From the NCBI RefSeq assembly GCF_011745625.1, contig NW_027191477.1, positions 1-64,000 of the forward strand: a stretch of DNA of 64,000 nt. The letters are read 5' to 3'. Both the position numbers and the translations under genes were made by a program. Below are positions 35,101-46,117 of the stretch, one piece after another; position 1 is the first letter of the stretch, and every line of letters starts with the position of its first letter. The stretch is from Cladosporium halotolerans. Its lineage: Eukaryota. The notes below the pieces were generated by a model. It had not been told where the DNA came from. It saw only the letters and a program-made list of their open reading frames with translations, and did no database searches.

Positions 35101-38061
35101 TGCGATCGAATCCCCTCCCCAGAAGTCTTCGTCATAGTCGCAGAGTTCCTGTACAGCGTCTGGGAAGCCTTCGCTGATATGCTGGAAGAAGTAGCGCACA
35201 GGGTAGGAGCAGGTGATTGTCGAGGCCAAAGAAGCGGTCCCAGCTCTCTCCCTGGTGTCCTCGTCTTCGTGGGTGGCAACCAAGACATCTGTATCGCGTA
35301 TCAGCGTTGCCGCAACGACCTTTCTTTCGGCTGACGAGTTGCCATCGGCAGATATCTCAGGCGACGACTGCTGCGCGTCGACCAAGTTGAAAGTTGCTTT
35401 GATGTACTTGAAACATCTCAGCGCCATCAAGCCGTGATATCGTCGTCTCTGAGAGCTCGCGGAAGCCGCATCTCCGTGAAGCACCACCGAAAGCCGATCC
35501 CGGAATTCTGGGTTGGTGAAGAGGATCTTGTTGCCCATCTCGTCCATCTGGAGAATGGGAGAGCACATTCGTACAAGTTCCTCCAACCGGCGGAGATCCT
35601 CGATCTGGGTCAGCACGGCCAGTTCTGCCAAGGTCGGAGGTTCGTAGGCGATGGTCATGGAATGCATCAGCTCTTCAATCTCTAGCATAGCATCTTCCTC
35701 GTGATTCAAAACCTGGAGAAGGTCAGCGCGTGTTCTGAAATCCCTGTGGGCTTGGAGCTTGCCTTATCCCAAGCGTGGTCAATGAGCCTCGGCATATTGT
35801 AGGTTCCAGTCTCCCGAAGCCATTTCCTGATCATCAAGCTGTTGTCGCTGCTTGGCATAGCGTGCAAGAGGATGAATAGGATATCGATCCAATTCTCATC
35901 TTGTGATTGACTTTCGACAAAATTGCGAACGTAGTAGGCAAAGTCCGGACTGTAGTTCTTTGCCGACTTCAGTTGCACGATTGCGTCTCTGGCATGTCTC
36001 TGCCTGGACACTTTGACTTTGCCCCCGTACTCAGCGTCGTTATCCAGATCAATTGCCGAAATAGACTGCGCCGTCAAGTAATGAGAAATGTGCTTCTCAT
36101 CCCGACTGGTCACAAGCCATTTGGCTTTCCGTGCCGATGGATTTGATTCAAATGCCGTCAATCGCAGCTTTGCCAGAAGCGCATTCGTGGATGCGCCAGA
36201 ATCTAAGCAATGCATGTTGCTGATGACAACATGGATGCTGTTCACTGCCGGATCCTCGATCATGTCCTGCAGACATCTCCACAGATTGTCAACAGTGGCC
36301 GTAGCTTTCGCACCGGAAGCGTCGGCAGAGGCTGCTGCTCGGCCGCTGTCAAAGTGCGCTGGACCACGGTATCGTGGGTTCGGCACAAACCATCTGGCAT
36401 GCTGAGCCAAAGATTCGTCTTGGTTGATGAGCTGCATGATCAAGCTCTTCAAAACGTCCTCCGCTGAGCAGCATCCTGGGAACCAGTCGCAAAGGAAGAA
36501 TGCCAGAAACTCCTGGTTTTGAATGCCAGCAGCATCTGCAATGGTGGAGTTCGATGCACTCAGCTCCAGCCGCTGGATCGCAGCTAGTGAAGCGTTCGTT
36601 TTGCCCAGTCCGGGGCCACCTCTCATCCATAAGTAGCAATCTTTAGGCTCTTTAAGACTTCCAGGACTGAGCCACTTCTGATAGAGGGGCTCTGCCTCAA
36701 GCCATGATGTGATCACCCGATCTCCGACTTTCGCTTGGAATTTTGCTCTCATATCGACTGTGGAAAGCGACTTTCGGACCTGATTGATGAACCTTTGCGG
36801 CAACAAACGTTCTCCGGACGACAAAGCCCGCTTTCTGACGTTCATTCTAGCTTCTCGTACCATCTTGGACAGCGCAATTCGAACGGGTACAAATTTGGGC
36901 GAGTCGATACTTTCGAACTTGACGAGATCACTGTGACCCGCGGTCAGGCCAACGCTGTGAGCTCCCTGCAGCTCCGCTGATTCCTTTTCGACGAAATGCT
37001 GTGTCTTTTGTCAGTCCTGCACACTGCGACCGAAGAACTCGACTTACAGTGCTAGCTCCAAAGGCAGAGATGCCGAAATCCATTACCATCCGAGCTCCTT
37101 GCTTAAGGAAAGGCTGTTGTAGTAAGTTCGGCAATCTGTCAGAGTAAGACATCGCGGTCGGAATCTGCTCCCAAGCGCAAAACAGGTCGACCGGCGGTAC
37201 CAGTCTTGTGCAGATCTCCATGAAATCACTGGTCACCTCGTCCAGTGTGTCGTTCTTCTCGGTACGCATGAATGCCAGGAGCGATTCATACGCATCCTGC
37301 CCGAAGACGGAACTGTGCAGCAAAGCGATCTTGGCCATGTCTGAACCCTTGAATGGGACGCCGAAGAAGGCGCACCCGACGGTGGCATTCACAATGGGCT
37401 CAAACTCTCGCTTTGACTTGGCCATGCAAAGCGCCTAGGCCTATCAGCTTGGTTATTCTTCGCGAGGTTGAGATCGTACCTTTGCGACAACAATTCCGCC
37501 CATGCTGTGACCAATGATGATCAGAGGCCGCGCCATATCATTCCCGACCTTTATGAAAACAGGTTCAGTATCTGCTCACTCGATGAATGGGGATGTCATT
37601 CTACCTTGCGCTTCTCCCTGAGATCGTCCAGAAGCCATGTGCAGATACTTTTCATTGTAGCCCTCACTTTCCGGCGGCCGCGCCAAGCAGAAGCATAGTC
37701 GTAAAGCATGATTCGAGACTTCTCAAAGATTGATGCTAGCCCGTCTGGATCTCTCAGCCAGTTGAAATCGTGGTCTGAAGCAGGAATTGGCCGCGAAGGC
37801 ACCGGAGTACCGTCCGCCACGTGGAGATGAGTATTTGCATCGCTGTCAGGCTTCCACGTCCAACACTCTTCAGGATTTGTTCCCAGTCCTGGCACTGCAA
37901 GAATACTAGCCCAACGTCAATGTGATGATTCGACAGAGAGTGCGGTGGAAAGCTCACTCTACTTCGGCAAACGGGTGATCGTGGAAGATCTTCAATCCTT
38001 GGCCCAAAGTTCGATATATTCGAGTTTGCTTCGTGACATTCTCCTCAAATTCTAAAGACAT
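32180..38061 (-). CDS. NLR-like STAND protein: SesB-like alpha/beta hydrolase - NACHT - ankyrin repeats - coiled coil (multi-exon, about 1800 aa)
   Basis: Spliced N-terminus DILAVPGLG...NWLRD...RIMLYDY...IIGHSMGGIVV...FFGVPFKGS...HSDLVKF. P-loop LWMRGGPGLGKT. Many ankyrin repeats (SALHVAA, TPLINAA, TALIMAA). A final intron at about 33268-33313 links to the coiled-coil exon. One GC-AG intron is predicted near 35713-35762. Confidence 0.85.
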
Positions 38062-39404
38062 CTCGACAGGGTTGGACTGCGCTTTTCGCGGCCATTCAAT
38101 GCTGCGAGATGCAAAGTCTAGATGTTTATTATGAAAAGGGGACCAGTCTCTACCCAAGAACAACACTGAACAAGGCTACTGATCGGAACACTCACCTCCC
38201 TGGTGTCTGACCCTTCAGCTCGAGCTAAACTCATCTGATGTTCACAAGGCTCCCGGGGCTCCACTCGTCGCCTACTACAGCAAGGTCTCGATCGCCTGAA
38301 TTGGATTCAGCTGCGGGCCGTTGCAGCATCGAAGTGACCTATCCGCTTCCGTTCTCGATAGTCACAGCGCCACCGTATGTAATACAGCATTTTCGATTCC
38401 AGATGCTCGGGCCGTGCATCCATCCCAGTAGATTGCTATTGAAGTTGATCCCTCAGCCTGATCAATTTATTCCAATCATCACCGGTTTCCCTTTTTGCTC
38501 GGCCTTCAGTGTCGCTTGTAAGCCGCATGAGAGCGTGTGAAAACGTGCTTGCGCGACACTGCACAAGCGAATCATGGGCACCATGTTGAGCTCGGTTGCA
38601 TCCAAGCGCGCTTCCGCGAGCTTTGTGGCTGTTTCAGCCTGATCATAGTCACACCTGGCAGGCTCAGCTTCCTCCCAGCGGGTTACACTTGTGCGCAGAA
38701 GCCCAATCACTGGAGACGAGGCTGAGAATGCAGCCTCGTGGCAGCAAATGGGCTGCGGCCAGAACGCGCTCGGACATGGCCGAACCGCTGCATCCTTGAG
38801 AGCTGTTTAATGTATGCACGCCATGGCAGAGCAATATCACAAGCTGATGTACACACCCTGTTCATGGCGCCACATAGAAGGCTGAGGGATGGCGTAGCTG
38901 AGCCAACGGGTTGCGAGGGCAATGTCGCCCTTGATGCAACACGACTCCATGAGCCAAAGCCTGACTAGATCATGGAGTTCCTCACCGGTCGAGGCCGCTG
39001 CCAATCAGGCTCACAGAGACTTCGCGTCACTTCTGCAACACAATCACAAAAAACATTGCCTAGGTTCTTCAGCCGCGGGTCCGCGTTCAAGTGGAAAACC
39101 CTTTAGAGCCTTGAACTAAAATGAAAAGCCTTGCGTTGTCTGTAGACAAGAGCAAAGCCGTGACCACCACCTTCGGCAATTCTCAGGATTTATTGGAGAG
39201 GATGTCGGGATCAAACCAAACTGGCACAGCTGAGAAAGTTTCGACGTATAGCACTCAAACATCTCTTGATTAATTATATGAGATCCTTCACGCAAAACTG
39301 TAGTGGGCAATGATTTTCAATACTGGAATGCAACCACGAAGTCCTGTGCACCGTTGTGTTCCATAGATGGCGAAGAAGCCAAAGATGAAGTCATACGTTC
39401 GACA

Positions 39405-41002
39405 TCAGATCGCCAATTGCCTCGCATCAATCATCACTTGAGGTGATCGTAGAGGTCTAGCTGACTCGTCCAGCCTCTTGATGAAGGCCGGCGAAATGAT
39501 CACACTGCCCTCTTTGCTCGACCAGTCAAACACAAAGGTAGAAGGCTGCGCGAAAATTAAGAGTCCTACATCGCTCGCCATCAACATAATACTGCGCAGA
39601 CTGGCATCGCGGTCGGCAACGTTTTTGCCATCAAGACTCCACGGCGCGAAAGCCTCAGTCAGAGGTCTTGCTGCATAGTCGACTTTCGTTTCCAGCTGTT
39701 TCTGATACTCAGGGTTTTCCGCTGAAGTCGGTGTCAAGAAGCTAGTCAGTATACGCCATTGCGTAAATGCTTGAGAGAAGCCTATGCGGGTCAGCAGGTA
39801 AATTGATGACAATATGCTCGGACTCAGTGCTCACCTTTCTTGGACTCCGCGGCGTGTACTTGGTTCTCATCATCTGTTTCCATGTGCCACTCGTTCTGCT
39901 TTGGAACTTTGGTGTACTCGGATGGGAGCAAGGATTGCCTTGTGCTCGACCACAGGGAGATTCTATGCACTATCCGACGGACCAAGATTCCCTCGAGCAG
40001 TGAGAGATCACTTGGTAATTCGCTCAAACTGTCCGGCAACGAGTCCGAGAGATACCGTTCGAGGATCGCAGTGTCCTGGTTTCCAATCTTTCCTTGCTTT
40101 GTATGGTAAAAACCTTCAATGTGAATCTGAATTTGGTCGTAAAGTGCCTTGACTGCCCTGACAACGGTCGCATCATCTTTCTCCTGGGGCAGATGCTTTT
40201 GCCAGCCAATGACGCTCTTCGGAACCTCAAATATTTGAGTTTCTTTAGCAAAGGCCGCATGCTTCGGCTGGAAGTGCGGTTCGACAGCCGTTGATGAATT
40301 CAAATCAGATCTCGGTGATCTCGTCCTTGGACGTCGATAGCAACAGAACCAGACCAGAAAACCAATCATGAACCCCACCAAGATGCCACCCGCTATCCCA
40401 CCTGCGACGCCCCCTCGGAACGCAGGAGTTGAAGTGACGGCAACTTCACAGCTGGGTGTGGGAGAACCAGAACTGGATGTGCCATTTTGGGTCGCGGTCG
40501 CTGTTTGGATTCCAGAGTCGCTCGTTTTACCTGAGTCTTGCGACACAGTGTCGGTGGACGGAATCTGGCCTTCAGGCGCTTCACTCCTTGCGTCAGGCGC
40601 TTCTATCATGATGGCCTGCAGTTTCTCTACAAACCATGAGAGAGCAGTTGTCGGCTGCTCTGCCACTGGCACGAAAAGGGTACTCCCTTTTGACACGGTG
40701 AATTCGTCGCCGGTCTCGGCTTTGGCATAATCAATATTCCCGACGTAAACTTGGAAAGGGCTGGGCGGGTCTGTCTGGCGCGGTGGCCCAAAAGCAGCGT
40801 TGAGAGCTTTTGCGTCCGCCACACGGTTTCCTTTCGTCGCGCTGAGAGGGATGTATAGAGTAATATCTTGGGGCCAGGCTTGAGGTCCTTGATTCCATGC
40901 TGCATTCCATGTTGCTATTGTAGCCTGTTTCGCGCCATCGACGGTATTGGTGAAGATTCCCACAGATCCATCTGTAGGCACGGGTTGAATTATTGAAGCC
41001 AT
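39405..41002 (-). CDS. Single-pass membrane protein with Ser/Thr-rich stalk and an uncharacterised cytoplasmic domain; 2 exons
   Basis: TM segment GGVAGGIAGGILVGFMIGFLVWFCC followed by RRPR. An intron at about 39772-39833 joins a C-terminal exon with WRILTSFL...GLLIFAQPSTFVFDW...ISPAFIKRLDESARPL. Confidence 0.72.
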
Positions 41003-41529
41003 TCTAATCAGCCTTTCAAGACTCTTCGAACGATATTATTTTGGCTGTCCAGAAAATTTGACAAGATATTCTGGAGGTGTGAAAGTACAATGAGTGAAAC
41101 TTACGTTATTGACCCAAGCAATGTAACGTCCGTATTTGCCGCATCGCACAACTCCCTTCGCAGAGGCCAAGAATATGATTTTAGCGGCATGCACGCCTCC
41201 TGCACGCTGCATGCAGTAATTAGTGATTGCCTGCAATGTCGGCTCGCAACAGCAAGAATCACACACCCACAGACCCTCAGCCTCGCGCCTGGGTTCGGGT
41301 AACGTCTTGATTCGGGAGCATGTGCATCGCTGAAGCAGGGGTGGATGGGTGATCAAATCAGGGCTGTACACCGGTCCGCCGAGCTCTACAGCCTCGTCTT
41401 GTTGCAAACAAGGCTGGAAACCCAGGTCTTGAAGATGCCCCGCGTCGCCGAAATTTGGCAGCCCTGTCGAGAGTCCGACCAGATCTCGACACTCACTTCA
41501 ATCTCATTCACATTGTAAGGATGTTGGAC

Positions 41530-43552
41530 ATGAGAAGGCCAGATATTGTGGTCGGGATCGACATTGGTCAGACCTGCTCGGTAAGATCGGTTCTCCACAA
41601 TTGCTTCCTTGCCAATCAGCGCAGCTGATCAGAACAGGGAGTCGCCTACTCGATCGGACCCGACTGGAGCGATCCCAAAACGATCAATCAATGGCCAAGC
41701 AACGATGGTATGGAAAAAGCCGACAAAGTCGCAACACGAGTCGGTTACAGCAAAACGCGCAAGACACTTCGGAACTGGGGCTTCGAGTCGGTCTTTGGCG
41801 ACGAGACCATCGAAGTTCGCGAGCAGTTCAAGCTGACTCTCGATCCCAAATATCAAGACTACCGGCCGTATAGCTGCCATGACGCAAGGCAGTGGTACTT
41901 CGACTACCTCACCTGCTTACACCGGCAGATCGAGAATTATTTCGACACGGTAATCCCGAGGTTCCGGACGATGAATGTGGAATACACTTTCAGCACGCCG
42001 ACGACATGGACAAATCCCGCCATGATTGCTAGTTTGGAGAAGTTGATCAAGAAAGCCGGTTTTGCGGGGACTGTGAACCAGACTGTACGCATCGCACTGA
42101 CCGAGGCTGAAGCCGCGGCCATTGAGGCCTCGACGACACAATACCGTAAGGGAGACATCTTCTTGATCTGCGATGTACGGTCCCCGCCCCTTCGTATGGA
42201 GCATACTAACCATCGCAGGCGGGCGGCGGCACAACCGACGTGAACACTCTTCGAGTGAAATCGACAGACGGAAGAATCGAGCTCGAGCCTCTGGACCATG
42301 TCGAAGGCGTCTCTGTCGGCTCCACCCTGATAGACTTCAAGATGGCAGAACACATCGGGGGGCGACTCCAACTGATTAAGGAACATCTCGACCAAGATCC
42401 CATGTATCTGGCGGAAGAGATGTTGGCCGGAAAATTCCAGACAGTGAAACATTCATTTCCCAACCCGCCGGTCGAGCAATTCTACCTGGACGTCAAAGGG
42501 TTAGCCGGGTCGCAGTCGTTTCCCGAAGCCGGGATCGTTAACTCGAAGATGATCATCGACAGGTCGACGCTGAAAGACTTCTTCGACGAGCAAATCACGC
42601 AAATCTTCCAGTTGATCGATGAACGGCTAATGGCGCTGGAAACCGGATTCCCTGACCAGCAGGTGTCGTATGTGATTCTTTCCGGCGGGCTGGGTAGCTC
42701 ACCTTATCTCTACATGGAGGTAAAGAGACGATACGAGATGAACTACGGATTCAAGTCCAACAACACATCATTGATCCGGATCATGAGGGTGCTTGAGCCG
42801 TGAGTCGAAAGCGTCCAGAGCAGCTCCCAACTATGCTGACACACTTCCAGTCAACTTGCCGTCGTACGCGGACTTGTTCGTGAGCGGACACAGCAGCTCG
42901 GACTCAGCACCTCCATCGGGCAGGAAGTGTTCAAAACCCGAAGGTGCCGCAATAGTTATGGCATCGTTGTCCGAGCACCCTATGACGAGAGCAAACATCA
43001 GGGGTTGCAGTTCTTCAAGGATAATCTCAACCGAGGCAGGTGGGTGCCGAACCTAGTCGAGTAAGTCCCACAGCCCGCGCGAGGTCAAATTGACGGTTCA
43101 ATGCTGACTGCGTCAGGTGGTTCGTCAAGGAAGGAGAAGAGATCAAAGTCGGTGAAGGGATCCCTCGCCGGTACACCGCGACGCTTGGAGAGCACGATCA
43201 CCATAATACGCGCGAGGCACAAATCGTGATGTCGTCGCTCCCAGCTGGTCAGCTACCCCAATTGACGACCGACAAGGGTTGCGAGAAGGTTGTGATGATT
43301 AAATACCAGTTGACGGGGAATGACATGAAGCTGAAGAACAGGCAGCTGTGGAAAGTCGGGAAGAAGTACTGGAAGGCGGAGTTCATTTTCGTTGTCAATA
43401 TCGGTCCCGCTGACCTCCGCTTCAACATTGTTGGCAAGAACGGGGTCCTGAGCTCCGGACACGACAAGCTGGACGTCGAGTTCATGGATCCTTATCAGGA
43501 ACAGAGTAGCCCAAAGTCTCAGGTCGCCACGGAGTTCATTCGGTACGGTTGA
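41530..43552 (+). CDS. Atypical Hsp70 / actin-like ATPase (HSPA12-like fungal family); multi-exon
   Basis: Spliced VVGIDIGQTCSGVAYS (intron 41581-41637), FSTPTTW, LTEAEAAA, ICDAGGGTTDV and ILSGGLGSSPYL. Confidence 0.85.
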
Positions 43553-43576
43553 TGTAGCCAAGTAATGACGTTCCAA

Positions 43577-45528
43577 TTAGCCACTCCCATGAGCCTCATC
43601 TCTCACCTGATGCACTAAGCCTTCTTCATGAGCCTTAATCTGCAGTGCCAAAAACTTTGAGTAAATGCGGCACAGCGCCAGGTTACCTCCCATGAACCAT
43701 AGTTTCGGATGTCCACATGGCCGCCACATCTACGAAACGGTCAGCACATTTCCATGGGATTACACCGACACCATAAGGCACTCACCGCATTGACTTCGCC
43801 CTCCTCATCCAAATCCCACACCTCCCGACATCTGTCAGCGACTTTATCACCCATCGCCTTCCTCAGCGTCGTATTCATACTGTCATACCCCGTAGCAAGC
43901 ACAACGACATCCGCCTGCAACTCCCTCCCATCAGCCAGATCAAGTGCGTTCTCCGTGAATCCTTTGATCCCCTCCGGACTCTGCGCCATCTTGATCTTGC
44001 CATCGATGATCAGCTGACTGGCGCCAACATCAATATAATACCCGCCACCGCGCGTGATGTACTTCCTATAGATTCCCGAACCATCATGCCCGGCATCAAA
44101 ATTGAAACCGGCCTTGCGTAGACCATCCAGACTCTCTTTCTCAGCCTGGGCGATCCGCTCCGTAACGCCCACGTTCAGCGCAAACTGGACCGGGAGCGGA
44201 AGACTCTGTCCGAAAATGTCGGCATCTTCGGTCGGCGGTCCGGACTCGTCGTACAAGCCTTCGTTCATCATGAGGAGGCCTTTCTTAGCAGACAAGACGT
44301 AAGTGCCGCGCCGCTGGAGCATGGTCACTTCAGCGCCGTTCTCGCAGTAGTTCTGTGCGATATCATGTCCCGAGTTACCGGTGCCGACGACGACGACGCG
44401 CTTACCGGCGACGTCGCCATGGAAAGTGGCGCCTTTGTGCTTGCTGCCGTGGTAGACGGTGCCTTTGAAGGAGTCCTGGCCGGGGAAAGAAGGGATACGA
44501 GGTTCGCCTGAGTGGCCGGTGCAGAAGACGACGTGGGAGGGTTTCATGAGGCGCGAGGAGCCGTCGCCACGGGTGACGTCGACAGTCCAGGTTTGGGTTT
44601 TGTCGGAGAAGTGTGCGGACTTGATGCTGGATCTCATCCAGATGTTCAGCTCCATGGCGCTGGCGTAGATCTCGAACCAGTCTGCGAGCTTGTCTTTCGG
44701 CGTGAACAGCGGCCAGTTTTCCGGGAACTTCATGAAAGCCATGTGCGTCAAATGGACCGGATCGTGGGTGACGAGAGTCCTATATCGGTGACGCCAATTA
44801 TCACCGACACGCTCGTTCTTGTCGACGATCAGGACCGACAGGCCCAAGGCCTGCAAACGAGCGCCCAGGTTGAGACCAGCTTGCCCGACGCCGACAATCA
44901 AAACCGCCGGCTGGTCGTCCAGAAACTCTTTCTGGCGTTCCCGCCGCTCATACCAGTTGCCTTCAGCCGCACCGCCCTTCAGCGAACTATTTCCGCCATG
45001 CGGTCTGAGATGCCCGGCAATCTCTCTCGCAGCGTGTAGTTCTTGCAGAGCAGTATAGATCATATGAGCTTTCCACTGGCCGCTGGGCAAGCAGACCAGT
45101 CTGACCATGCCCTTGCCGGTTCCAACGCTGGTCTCAAAAGAGAACATAGTCTCCACCCACTCCAAGTCCTCGATGGGAGTCTCCTTCCTAGGTGCGAACT
45201 GGCCGGACTCGTAAGCCTTGAGATTGCGGAAGCCGACCTTCGCGATCCTGGGTTCCAGCAGGTCGATGATGCCCGCTATGCCCCGACGTGTGTGGAATTC
45301 CCAGTCGAGGGCGAGGTGGTCGCGCCACCATCCATCTTCGTGGATCACGCTGCTGAGGCTACTGGCATTGCCACTGGAGAGAGCAGCTTCGAAGGATGCA
45401 AGCCACTTATGAGCGATAACTTCCGGAGAAGTGACTTCTTTTACTGATAGTGTGGCACCAGTCTTGCAGAACTTTGGGAGAGAGACGTCATGTATCGAGG
45501 CGACCGTGGGAGTCGCCATGTTGTCCAA
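43577..45528 (-). CDS. Flavin-containing monooxygenase with N-terminal SnoaL-like extension (YUCCA/type II FMO-like); 2 exons
   Basis: GVGQAG, GDNWRHRY, FKGTVYHGSKH, VVGTGNSGHD and ATGY motifs. An intron at about 43730-43785 joins the final exon WRPCGHPKLWFMGGNL. Confidence 0.9.
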
Positions 45529-46117
45529 ACTGTACAGAGAGATATCACAAGAGGAACGAAGTTTGAGGACCTACCGTGCAATGCAACAATCGTTCAAATA
45601 TCCATTCCTACCCGTCCACCCCGGCAACTCGAACCGCACAGCTAAGCTCGCGCATCGCCATCCCTTCCCACGCGGCGATTGCAAGCCGATCGCACGTGGG
45701 TATTATTCCCGTAGCGGAAGTCAACCTCGCGCAACCTGCACGACGGGTCTTCGGTTCCGCAATACTGGAGGCGGCCCGAAGAAAAGAGTGGCGCCGTGAG
45801 GAGAGCGCAGAGGAAAGTCGCCAAGTCTGACGTGGTGGAGGGAAGCAAGTTTGGCGAGGGTCGGTGTAATGATGAGCCGAGGGACTTGCTCTGGGGCAAC
45901 ATCAGCACGTCAAAAGTGGAAACGAATGCAGATGTCTATCAGCAGCGTCCGTTAGGAAACGCAGGGAAGTGTCGAACGGAGCATCTTCCCATCCTAAGTC
46001 GACTCGAGGGTCGATGTGTGACAAACTCGCGTCTTGGTAGACAACTCGTCGAATGAAAATACGCAGTACTATGCAAGCTCTGATCTATATAAACAACACT
46101 CAACCACACTCCCTCCC

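Noticed and set aside
38200..39350. Searched for a small amyloid-motif (HET-s or sigma-type) gene next to the NLR
   Set aside because: No convincing N/Q/G pseudo-repeat ORF, and the effector domain is already fused to the NLR.
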